Source: Octopus bimaculoides
Lineage: Eukaryota
DNA: 64,000 bases
Reading direction: 5' to 3'
Assembly (NCBI RefSeq): GCF_001194135.2
Contig: NC_068986.1
Coordinates: forward strand, 43,989,351 to 44,053,350
Part shown: positions 25,281 through 35,978 of the stretch, one piece after another
How the letters are laid out: each line of letters opens with the position of its first letter
How positions within the stretch are numbered: position 1 is the stretch's first letter
Position numbers and translations under genes: made by a program
The notes under the pieces: generated by a model
What the model was told of the DNA's origin: nothing
Databases searched by the model: none
The model's input: only the letters and a program-made list of their open reading frames with translations

Positions 25281-26773
25281 TATACACCTTCCTGTCATTT
25301 GAGGGTGTACTCTGACACAGTTTTACCATCTCTCCCTTTCTCCTCTCTTTTTTCCTAACTGGGGTAGCCATGTATCTCTTCCACTGCAAGATACCTGTTT
25401 CTGCTCCTCTAACATATTCTAACTTTTCATCACCTAACACAAAGCCATCCCACTCAGTTTAGTGGTTCTCATCTTGCAAACTACTTAATGACCTCACTGC
25501 TGCTGGTTCCACATAAGAGGTACCCAGTACACTCTATAAAGTGATTGGCATTAGGAAGGGTACACAGCTGTCGAAACCATGCCAAGCAGTCTTCTCTTGT
25601 CAAACTGTCCAACCATTGGCAGCATATAAAGCGGACATTAAGTGATGATGATGATGATGATGATCACACTGTAACATGTATCAGACATCCAACAACCGTG
25701 GGCAGATTATTTTTGAGTGTTTAAATAGCAATTATTAATGCTGCCACCATTTTATAGATGCTTTGTCCAGGGCCTCACGGAATTAAAGGTGGCTGATGCC
25801 AGTGGCATGTAAAAAGCACCTGTACAGTATGTTGCGCCTCATGGGGGGAATGACAAATGATTGAGACCTTTGGCAGTATGCCGTGCTTCAGAAGAAGACC
25901 CATCAAGCCAAGTGAAATCGTAGTCATAGAAAAAACTGATGTCACGCAAATGGCACGTAAAAAGCATCCATTACACTCTCAGAGTGGTTGGCATTAGGAA
26001 GGGCATCCAGCCATAGAAACCATGCTAAGTCAGACTAGAGTCTGGTACAGCCTTCCAGCTTGCCAGCATGGTCAAACCGTCCAACCCATGGACAATGGGC
26101 ATTAAATGATGATGATGATGATGATAATGATGATGATGATGAATAAATAGAACCAACGTGACAAATCTTCAGAAACAATTCACTATACTCTATCAGGGTG
26201 CCAAACACTAGCCCTATAATAAGTAGTATCCATATAACTTTAAAAATAAAGAAGCCAAGATTACAAGGATATTCAGCCTGCAGACCTGCCATCAAGTAAC
26301 AGAATACAAAATCTAACATTCAGCTATTGTCTGTGACCAAAACAAGAGTGTTTTAAGAACTGACATAGTAATACTGAAAGATTATAATGTCATGCAAACC
26401 AAGAAGCTGGGGTAAAATCATTGTTGTATGTAGAAGAATGTTCCTTACTCTATGTGTGTGGTACAACTGGAATAATGCACAATCAATCATAGCTTAGACC
26501 TATAATAAAAACATTTACTTCACTGAACTTAGCAAACTTAGTGGCTATCATTAAAGAAATAATTCAAGTATTAATTAGAAGAAAAAAATACCAACTGCTC
26601 CATATAAATTTCATAATTTGAATAGCCATCCAATGTAAGGTAATTTGGAGGGGAAGGAAAAAAGGTAAATTTAAATCAAGAAGAAACAGAAAATATTTTC
26701 ATAAATCCACCAACAAATGAAAAAGATGAAATTTAGAAGAAAAGCAATCAAAATATCACAGAAATTTATTTAC

Positions 26774-26922
26774 CAGCCTAATGTAGTATCTCCTTCTTCC
26801 AAACTGACATCATGACGAAATGGTAAAATTGTAAGGTGTCTACCGTAAATCAACATTGCAGCACATCTCCCATCTGGATCCACACGGACAATTGGAAGGT
26901 GTCGGTTTTCAACAAAACCACA
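26774..26922 (-). CDS. CPSF1: CPSF1 coding exon 5 ([49 protein letters not shown])
   Basis: atatatag ... TG|GTAAAT; 149 nt; [13 protein letters not shown] motif. Confidence 0.96.
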
Positions 26923-28264
26923 CTATATATTGTGAAAAAAGTTTAGGATTTATATATATATATATATATATATATGCAGATAAAATCATTGAATATTATT
27001 TTAATTATTTTTCAATTCAACTTTTCTTAAAAATATAAAAAATAAATATAACCCATGCCAGCATGGAACATGAATGTTAAATGATGATATTTGTTGATTT
27101 GATGTTGATTTTTCCATGCTAGCATGAGTTGTGCAGAGAATTGTATTTGTTTTAATATCCATATTTCCATGACAGCATTTTTTTGACATGGGATGTATTT
27201 CAGGCAGGACTTTATGGCCAAATATTCTTTTGGTTGCCAACACTTAACTGTTTTTACAAGTAAAGGAGTTTTAATATTTCACAAGTCTTTGAAAACACAG
27301 AGCAACCAGGCATAATGTCAACAAGGAATGTAAACATATTCTGTTCAAGCAAAGCTGTAGAACATCAACATTCACACATAATTGTGCAAGCACATGAGTC
27401 AGTCCACCGGCACTGGCAACGACCTCGCTTGGATGTTTTGTTCATGTGCCACTGGTACAAGTGCCAGTAAGTCAACGCTGGTAACGATCATGCTCAAATG
27501 GTGCTTTTTACATGCCATCGGTACGGAAGCCAGACAGCTGCTCTGGCAGTGATCCCGCTCAGATGGTGCTGTTAGCGCTCCACTGATATGGGTGCCAGTC
27601 ATCGAATTTGGTTCAGTTTCGATTTCACTTGCCCCAATAGGTCTTCGCAAGCAGAGTTTAGTGTCCAATGAAGGAAGGTTGGCATGAGTGCCAGTCATCA
27701 AAATTGGTTCGATTTCGCTTTCGATTTCACTTGCCTCAACAGGTCTTCGCAAGCAGGGTTTTGTGTCCAAAGATGGAAAGGTACGCATAAGTGAGCTGGC
27801 TACACCCCTGGTAAAGGCCACGGGTTATGGTCTCACTTGTCTTGCCGGGTCTTCTCACGCACAGCATATTTCCAAAGGCCTCGGTCATTAGTCATTGCCT
27901 CGGTGAGGCCTAATGTTCAAAGGTCGTGCTTCACCACCTCATCCCCGGTCTTCCTTGGTCTACCTCTTCTACAGGTACCCTCAACCGCTAGGCTGTGGCA
28001 TCTGGTCGTCTAGTCCATGCCAGCATGGAAAGAAATAGACATAGAAAGGAAAGATGACAATGAGGATATACATTATATCGTCATTGGTTAGACATGGCCA
28101 GTTTAAACACTAAAGGGTTGAACTAAAACTGATTATGTCCCAAGCATATTTGAATTGATTCAAAAGTTTAATTCACAACACTACTTTTACATGCTGGAAT
28201 GGCCCTCATGCCGGTGGCACATAAAAAGCACCCACTACTCTCTCAGAGTGGTTGGTGTAGGAAG

Positions 28265-29032
28265 GGCATCCAGCTGTAGAAACTCTGCCAAATCAGATTG
28301 GAGCCTGGTGTAGCCATCTGGTCCACCAGTCCTCAGTCAAATCGCCCAACCCGTGCTAGCATGGAAAGCGGATGTTAAACGATGATGATGATGATATATA
28401 AATAAATAAAACCTCAAGTACTTTAAATCAAACATACATTGTATTGGTGATCAAATTTTTTGAAAAAGAAATTAAATAATTATGTTTAAGATTTAAAATG
28501 TGACAGTAAAATTAGATTCAAAATGAGTGGGGATCAACAGAGTTCAATAAGCACAAGAACTAACAAATATGAAAATAAATATCACTTTATATGCTCAAAC
28601 TATGGAAGCAAGGCAAAAATAAAAAGACATGATTGAACTATCANNNNNNNNNNGGCATCCAGCTGTAGAAACTCTGCCAAATCAGATTGGAGCCTGGTGT
28701 AGCCATCTGGTCCACCAGTCCTCAGTCAAATCGCCCAACCCGTGCTAGCATGGAAAGCGGATGTTAAACGATGATGATGATGATATATAAATAAATAAAA
28801 CCTCAAGTACTTTAAATCAAACATACATTGTATTGGTGATCAAATTTTTTGAAAAAGAAATTAAATAATTATGTTTAAGATTTAAAATGTGACAGTAAAA
28901 TTAGATTCAAAATGAGTGGGGATCAACAGAGTTCAATAAGCACAAGAACTAACAAATATGAAAATAAATATCACTTTATATGCTCAAACTATGGAAGCAA
29001 GGCAAAAATAAAAAGACATGATTGAACTATCA
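28265..29032. other. 379-bp exact duplication either side of a 10-N gap (probable assembly artefact)
   Basis: 28265-28643 is identical to 28654-29032 as far as I can read. Confidence 0.85.
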
Positions 29033-29135
29033 TACAAGGAATGTTTATAATTCAAAAACTTAATGGTAAACTGAGAATAAAACTTCATCCAATTTTTTAA
29101 AGAATACAGCAGAAATTAAAAAAAAGAAAACTCAC

Positions 29136-29216
29136 TTTTAATTCTTGTTCTTCAAAGTAATGAAGAGATAAAGTCTTCAAATCATGAGTCCCAGGATCAT
29201 ACTCCACCAGAGAAAG
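29136..29216 (-). CDS. CPSF1: CPSF1 coding exon 4 ([27 protein letters not shown])
   Basis: atttctag ... GTGAGT; 81 nt; near-identical to recalled CPSF1 motif. Confidence 0.97.
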
Positions 29217-30436
29217 CTAGAAATATGGTAAGTTTTAGAAATAATTTCATCTGCATTGTATAACATATATTGTAGATTTTGTTTGTTACATCTGTTTTAC
29301 TATACTACTGAATGTCCACTTATTTTTAACTAAGATACTGTGAATTTAGAGTGAAGTCTGTTATTGTTATCAGCTAAGCCCTCTGAAGAAAACAATAGCA
29401 TTCTGGCCCTATAGGAATACAATGCTTGTAGCAAAGACTAAACACAAAACCAAATGGTAATTCAACTTTAAATTTTTTGATATCAACCAGCTTGACACCA
29501 CTCTTGGTTCTATCGAAAATGTTCCTGTTTTAAAATAATCTAAAAAGAATCTCCTATCAACATTTCATGCTAACTCAGGTTCCAAAACCTAGCTTAATAA
29601 TGATTTCAAATTTTGACATAAAGTCCAGAAATTTGAAGAGAGGAGCTTAGTCAATTACTTCAACCCCAATGCTCAACTGGTACTTATTTTATCAACACTG
29701 AAAGGATGAAGGTCAAAGTCAACCTCAGCAGAATTTGAAATCAGAATGTAAAGAATTAGAAGAAATATCACTAAGCATTTTGTCCAACATGCTAATAATT
29801 CTGCCAGCTTACCACCTTTCACCAGCTTAATAATGACAAACTTAGTTTACTAAATTCTTCATTATTTTTCAAATTTAATCGAATCAAAGGTAGCGTATTT
29901 AAAACAGAAATATGACAACAAAAGGGGTTAAAGTTACAAGGATGTAATCATCATTAAACGTCCGCTTTCCATGCTGGCATGGGTTGAACGGTTTGGCTGA
30001 GGGCTGGCCAGCCAGAAGGCTGCACCAGGCTCCAATCTGATCTGGAAAAGTTTCTACAGCTGGATGCCCTTCCTAACACTAACCATTCCAAGAGTATAGT
30101 GGGTGCTTTTTGCGTGCCACCATCACAGGAGCCAATCAGGCAGCACTGGCAATGATCACACTTGGATGCTGCTTTTTACATGCCACCAGCACAGGACCAG
30201 TCAGGCAGCACTGGCATCGACNNNNNNNNNNNNNNNNNNNNNNNNNNNNNNNNNNNNNNNNNNNNNNNNNNNNNNNNNNNNNNNNNNNNNNNNNNNNNNN
30301 NNNNNNNNNNNNNNNNNNNNNNNNNNNNNNNNNNNNNNNNNNNNNNNNNNNNNNNNNNNNNNNNNNNNNNNNNNNNNNNNNNNNNNNNNNNNNNNNNNNN
30401 NNNNNNNNNNNNNNNNNNNNNNNNNNNNNNNNNNNN

Positions 30437-31395
30437 TATCAACTACTTCTAGTTTTTTCCCCTGGAATGTGACAGAAGCTGTTTTCTGCACATTTTCAGT
30501 GTTTATTGCTCCCGAGCATTTGCCACACACAAAAACTATCTTCCCAGTTAGCCTTCCTTTGATATTGCTGCACCTCTTATGTGTCCATAGCTTACACTGA
30601 GTGCATCTTATAGAGTTTCTACCTATGCTTTTTCTACAGATCGAGCAGGGTCATCTACCTGAAGAGATTTGTGGTTTGTCTGCCTTCTTACTTATTGAGA
30701 CTTTGGTTTTTACAAGATTGACTCTAAGGCCCTTCGATTCTAGACCTTGCTTCCACACCTGAAACTTCTCCTCTAGTTCTGATAGTGACTCAGCTATTAG
30801 AGCAAGGTCATCAGCATAGAGAAGCTCCTGGGGGGTATCCTGTCTTGAATTCATCTGTTATTGCCTGGAGGACTATGATGAATAAGAGGGAGCTGAGGAC
30901 TGATCCTCGCTAGACCCCTACCCCTACCCGGAATTCTTCACTGTACTCATTGACAACCCTCACCTTACTGACAGCATCTCAGTACATGGCTTGTACAGCT
31001 CTCACTAACCACTCATCTATCCCTAGTTTCCACATTGACCACCAGATAAGGGATCGGGGGACCCTGTCAAAGGCTTTCTCCATGTCATCGAAAGCCAGGT
31101 ACAGAGATTTATATTTGGCTAGGTACTTCTCCTGCAGCTGTCTTACCAAAAATATAGCATCAGTGGTGCTTTTCCCTGGCACAAACCCAGACTGAATCTC
31201 ATCTAAACTGACTCTATCCCTAATTAGTTGGGCTATGACCCTCTCTGTGACTTTCATTACCTGATCCAACAACTTGATACCTCTGTAATTATTCGTATTT
31301 AATGCATCACCTTTACCTTTGTAGCAGTTGACTATGGTGCTGCTACACCAGTCATTGGGTATGATGACTCCATGTATCACCTTATTGACTAAGAG
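30437..31395 (-). mobile_element. RTE-clade LINE reverse transcriptase fragment
   Basis: YKGKGD..NYRGIKLL, GFVPGKSTTDAIF, DMEKAFDRVPR and LLYADDLAL motifs; stops and a frameshift; left end abuts N gap. Confidence 0.92.
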
Positions 31396-32056
31396 TATAA
31401 AATATTTGTCATTGTCATCATTTAGCATCCAATTTCCATGCTGACATGGGTTGGACAGTTTGACCAGGTAAGCTGGGGGGCTGCACCAGACTCCAGTCTG
31501 ATTTGGCATGGTTTCTATGGCTGGATGCCCTTCCTAATGCCAACTACTCCAAGGGTGTAATGGATGTGTGACACCAGTATCTGCCATGACCATGATTTCA
31601 CTTGGCTTGATGGGTCTTCTTCTCAAGCACAACATATTGCCAAAAGTCTCAGTCATTTGTCATTGCCTCTATGAGACCCAGCTCTCGAAAAGTGCTTTTT
31701 ACATGCCACCGGCATGGCTGCTGGTTACGTGACACCAGCATCAACCAAATTGTCTCATGAAAATTTGGAAATTACTTTAACCATTGAGCATTCAGTTTAT
31801 TCTATCAAATGTAATGTCTATTTAGTCACACTGTTTTAAATTAATTAGATGTTATTTTGTTACTTTGAGATTTCAGTGATATGATTGTATATTTTTAGAA
31901 TGATATTTTAGGGTTGGTATGAGAGGCTGAATCTGGCCAGTTTGAACGTAAAACATAGAATATCTTGGCTAGATAAGGCAAGTTTAAATGCTAAAGAGTT
32001 ATATGTTTTCAAGTATAAACAAAAAAAGCAATACAAAATTCAAAAATCTACTATAC

Positions 32057-32187
32057 CTTAGCATCCATGAAACTCAAAAGTAAAGCATCTCGTTGAGCAC
32101 CAACCAATTTGACTGATTTCATAGACATCACATTGCCAAAAAGACTAAATGACAACATACATTCTAATTTTAATTTCTTGCGAATCT
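32057..32187 (-). CDS. CPSF1: CPSF1 coding exon 3 ([44 protein letters not shown])
   Basis: ttttgcag ... AAG|GTATAG; 131 nt; conserved CPSF1 motif FGNVMSM...[11 protein letters not shown]. Confidence 0.96.
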
Positions 32188-33066
32188 CTGCAAAACATAA
32201 AAAGAGAGAAAAATCAAAGATTAAATAATTACTTCATATATAAGTAAAACATAAATGAAATTTAAAAACAACAAAGAGCTAAATTTATAAATTGGAATTG
32301 TCATTTTACGCCAGTAATAATGTTAAGTAGTAATCATGTATATTACTTCACAAGATAATTTGAGCATCCCCACATGTGTGTTTGTATGAGTGTGAGAATG
32401 CAGTTATGTGTATGTGAGTGTGACTATGCATTTATGTGTATGTTTACAAACTGCTTAGTTACAGCTACAAATGGTGTCATCACTGCAGTGATTGTGTGTT
32501 AGTAAGAATAGCATCCCAAATCTCAAAATCAACTACAGTAGTAGAAAAAACAACAAAATAATTATTGTTATAAACAAAACTAAATAATTTGTTTTCATAT
32601 TTGGTTTGCAAGGTTCTTCATGTGAATCCATGTATTGAAACAGGTTTTGTTGTATCTCAGGAGGATCATTATGAAACCTGAAACAGAGTAGGAGCAGAGA
32701 GGGCATACCACTGAGGAGGTTACAAATGACAACGAAAGGACTTTGACAAACATAACTGATTGATTAACCAAAGGATTAATCAAACAACCAATTAGTTAGT
32801 TGGTTAAATAGTTAACAAATTAGCAAATAATAAAGAAGTGAAATAGAACCAGTGTTATATTTATTATTATTGGCACAATGACTGTCCCAAAATAAAACAA
32901 AAACTAAATAATATTACTTTTATGGATTATTTTCAAAATTTACTAGACATTCAAATCTTTGCTTGTGCAGATTTGTTTCATATAATTTGTTTTAAATGTT
33001 TTTAAGTATAAACAAAACATATTTAGAAAATTTTTTCAATCATATTCTGAAATACGAGTCACTTAC

Positions 33067-33106
33067 CACCAATTCGTTCAGGAAGTTTATCTCCAAAAAG
33101 TGCTGC
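33067..33106 (-). CDS. CPSF1: CPSF1 coding exon 2, 40-nt microexon (AALFGDKLPERIG)
   Basis: Acceptor tattttcag, donor GTAAGT; phase 0 in and phase 1 out, exactly what is needed to join exon 1 to exon 3. Confidence 0.86.
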
Positions 33107-33194
33107 CTGAAAATATAAGATAATATAGTCTCATCACCGTTGATATGACTGAATATAATGAGTCTGTAAATACTGATGTAACAGAAGAAAATTT

Positions 33195-33766
33195 GGATCT
33201 TTTTTAAAACGGGGGCCACATTTTTCATTAACGAAACACTTTGAAACTTGGAACACTGGTAGAATGTGTCATATAAAACATCTTTTTCTCTTAGTCTTCT
33301 TTAAAAAAAAAGAAATCCATAAATTATTCCATGTTAAAGTTGTCGTATTTCTGTAATTTCAACCAATCACTGACGTCCATTCAGCCGATATACATTAAGT
33401 GCCGACTACATAAACAAACGATTCTGAAACAATTAATCCTAACCCTAACCCTAACTCTAACCCTAACCCTAGGGTTAGGGTTAGGGTTAGGGTTAAAGCA
33501 AATTTAAAATGAAAAAAGCAAATAAAACGAAGAAACGTTTGTTTATGTAGTCGGCACTTAATGTATATCGACTGAATGGACGTCAGTGATTGGTTGAAAT
33601 TATCGAAATAAGACAATTTTTTACATGAAATAAATTCGAATACAAAAATATTTTTCTGTTCTATAACACAAAATAGATAAGTATACGAAGTTTGAAAGTC
33701 TTTCCGTACCAAAAACACTACGTAAAACATTAATGAAAAATGTGGCCCCCGTTTTAAAAAAGATCC
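33195..33766. mobile_element. Non-autonomous DNA transposon (MITE), Merlin-like
   Basis: Perfect 37-bp TIR starting GGATC; exact 8-bp TSD GAAAATTT (33187-33194 and 33767-33774); internal 80-bp inverted repeat; central telomere-like palindrome. Confidence 0.85.
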
Positions 33767-34116
33767 GAAAATTTCATTTGACTCCCCTCCTTTAGCCACT
33801 CCTATGATATCTCGCATCTTAAATCCTGTAATAACATTTTTTTAAACCTTTCTGTCATATAAGTACACCCATTTGGGACTCTAATCAAGCCAAAATTCAA
33901 ACTGAACATAATTTGTATTAACTTCCCCCACATAAGTCCCAACCAACAAAAGCCTCAATAGGTTAAGAACACTGGCTTACCTTTCTATCTTAAATGAATA
34001 CATCACATCTAAAATCAATATAAAATATGTCATTTCCATATTATGAGATATTCTTGTTAACAAATTTAATACCACATTTCTACTGAAATCCAGTTGTTGT
34101 TTCAATTCATTTTGAA

Positions 34117-35100
34117 ACTCTTTTATTTTTTACTGGTTTCAGCCCAGGGCTGAGGTCATGCTGGTGCACTACCTGTAGTTACTTAGTGTTGTTTCTAGTA
34201 TTGTTTTTGATGGAGTAGCAAGTTCGATGGCGCCGCTCTTCTTTGTGTCTCCAGCCACGATGAGGGTTCATCTGGTATCTCAGATAGAAACCTGTCCAGA
34301 CGTTCCATGAAAACTTCCACATCAGCACCATGTATATCTCTATGGTTGCCTGGCAGGATGTTGAACAATTGCAGGCCCTTGAAACCCAGACTATTGCAGT
34401 ACTGTGTCCTTATTTAAGATGGGGAAGATGGGATCTTTGGTATGATGCAGTACAGTCCAGTTCGAGGATTGGTATAGTTGTCAATTCCAAAATTGGGATC
34501 TAAACCCTCCAAGATCTTCTAAATATATATTACTGCATATCTCTTTCGTCTTTTTTCCAGGGAATAGACTCAGCTCCTTTAGCCTTTCCCAGTAGCCCAT
34601 CTTTTGCATCGAATCAATCTTCTTTGTGTATTGGCACTGGAATGCTTCGAATTCCAGTTTGTTTCACACTCTCTGGGGACCATAGTTGGGAGCAGTAGTC
34701 CAAGCGGCTGAGAATGAAAGTCCCCCATAGGAGTAGCAGGACTTCCATTTTCCTGGTTCTGAATGTCCTCAGAATCCATCCAGCCACTCGCCTGCACAGT
34801 GTTGCCATCATGGTAATATGCACATGGAATGTTACATCATTGCTCATGTGAACCCCCAAGTCAAGCACCGACTCTGACTTTGGGATCGTATTACCTTCTG
34901 GTCGAGTGTATTCCAATTTTAGCCTGGTGTTGGACCAATAGTGGAGTGCCTGAAATTTCATAGCATTGAACTGCATGTTATCTTTGTTAGCACATTTGTA
35001 TATTTCATTCAGGTCTTTCTACAGTTTTATGCCTGCAATACTTTTGTGTCATCAGCATAACTGGTCAGATTGGCTGACTGTACTGCGGAGGGCATGTCTG
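34117..35100 (-). mobile_element. CR1/L2-group LINE 3' portion
   Basis: SYADDTK, DLGV, LDYCSQLWSP, IPDEP...RAAPSN motifs; short 3'UTR. Confidence 0.85.
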
Positions 35101-35115
35101 AAGAATTGATTAAAA

Positions 35116-35396
35116 CTGGTTCTCAACCATTTTTTATCTATGGAACCCTTTGATTATTATTTCATTCTGGCAGACCCCATAGCCATTCAATTTTTTTTAA
35201 AACTAGATTTATAGATAGTTCCTTCAAAATTCTTATTTTGTTTATCACAAGTTCACTTTTGCAGGCTGAACTATGTAAAATGTCAGAAAGAAGCCTAGTT
35301 TTTTCTTGCAATAAATACATATAGAGCAAAATTTCTTTCATGAACCCATAAAATACTACTTGTGGACCCAGTTTACTATTTTGTTGAGAACCACTG
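35116..35396. mobile_element. hAT (Charlie-like) MITE
   Basis: TIR (CAG)TGGTTCTCAAC / GTTGAGAACCACTG; degenerate 8-bp TSD GATTAAAA / TATTAAAA; one end resembles the 60510 element. Confidence 0.75.
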
Positions 35397-35837
35397 TATT
35401 AAAATAACTGCTATTAAGCAGTTGAAAAGCGGCAAGCTGACAGTACAATTAGCATGCCAGGAAAAACGTTTAGCAGTATTTTGTCCATCTTTACATTCTG
35501 AGTTCAAATTCCACTACGGTTGACTTTGCCATTCATCCTTTTGGGGATCGATAAACTAAGTACCAGTGAAACACTGGGGTTGATGTAATCAACTAGTCTC
35601 CACCCCTCAAATTTCAGGCCTTGTGCCTATAGTAGAAACGATTATTAAGCAGGTATTTGGGACATAGATTAATATGAAATTTTAATGGATGCTTTAAATT
35701 TAGATAACTTTAAAAACGAAGTTTATATCAAAGAACCACAACTGGTCTGGGGTGGGTTGGCATCAAATGGGTTTAATGTTTTTTCTGGAAACAAGTATCT
35801 TGAAAGAAATGAACATATGATATGAAAATTTACAAAC

Positions 35838-35978
35838 CTCTTCTGGAGTAAGGCGAAACACATGCAGTTGATTGACTCCTGCTATGATGAGTGATTTTTC
35901 AACATTATTGAAAAAATTACAGTATATACAATGTTCAATCCCCGTAGGGGCGTGTGTAGGGCGATACACACCATACAT
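35838..35978 (-). CDS. CPSF1: CPSF1 coding exon 1 (MYGVYRPTHAPTGIEHCIYCNFFNNVEKSLIIAGVNQLHVFRLTPEE)
   Basis: ATG at 35978 in context acaATG; donor GAG|GTTTGT; 141 nt. Upstream acceptor tttgtctttgcag suggests the exon starts at 36009 with 31 nt of 5'UTR. Confidence 0.96.

Larger units (their letters stand above)
376..35978 (-). other. CPSF1: CPSF1 (CPSF160) gene, 5' part: 21 coding exons, 818 codons; continues beyond left edge of window
   Basis: Hand-spliced exons are all GT-AG and phase-compatible (total 2454 nt). The translation is colinear with recalled metazoan CPSF1 (MYxVY..HxPTG, DALLLSFxDAK, [77 protein letters not shown]). Confidence 0.97.

Noticed and set aside
27399-27821. 140-aa ORF similar to the 104-aa ORF at 62583-62897 (apparent paralogous proteins)
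   Set aside because: Both lie in inverted copies of the same RTE-3'UTR-derived repeat. The similarity is at the repeat DNA level and there is no splice or domain support.
28265-29032. 379-bp perfect tandem duplication
   Set aside because: Identical copies either side of a 10-N gap are the signature of an unmerged contig overlap, not biology.
30103-30600. ORFs spanning N runs (also 57328-57864)
   Set aside because: They are artefacts of stop-free gaps; only the Helitron helicase motif before 57465 is meaningful.
30979-31509. 176-aa ORF as a gene
   Set aside because: It is a chimera of a SINE tail and a decayed RTE reverse transcriptase fragment.
33438-33495. Ancestral telomere-telomere chromosome fusion site
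   Set aside because: The polarity is CCCTAA then TTAGGG (a fusion gives the reverse), the array is short, and it is enclosed by TIRs and a TSD.
376-35978. U12-type introns or intronic snoRNAs in CPSF1
   Set aside because: All 21 donors are U2-type GT with no GTATCCTT. Apparent C-box TGATGA motifs come from (GAT)n repeat tails.
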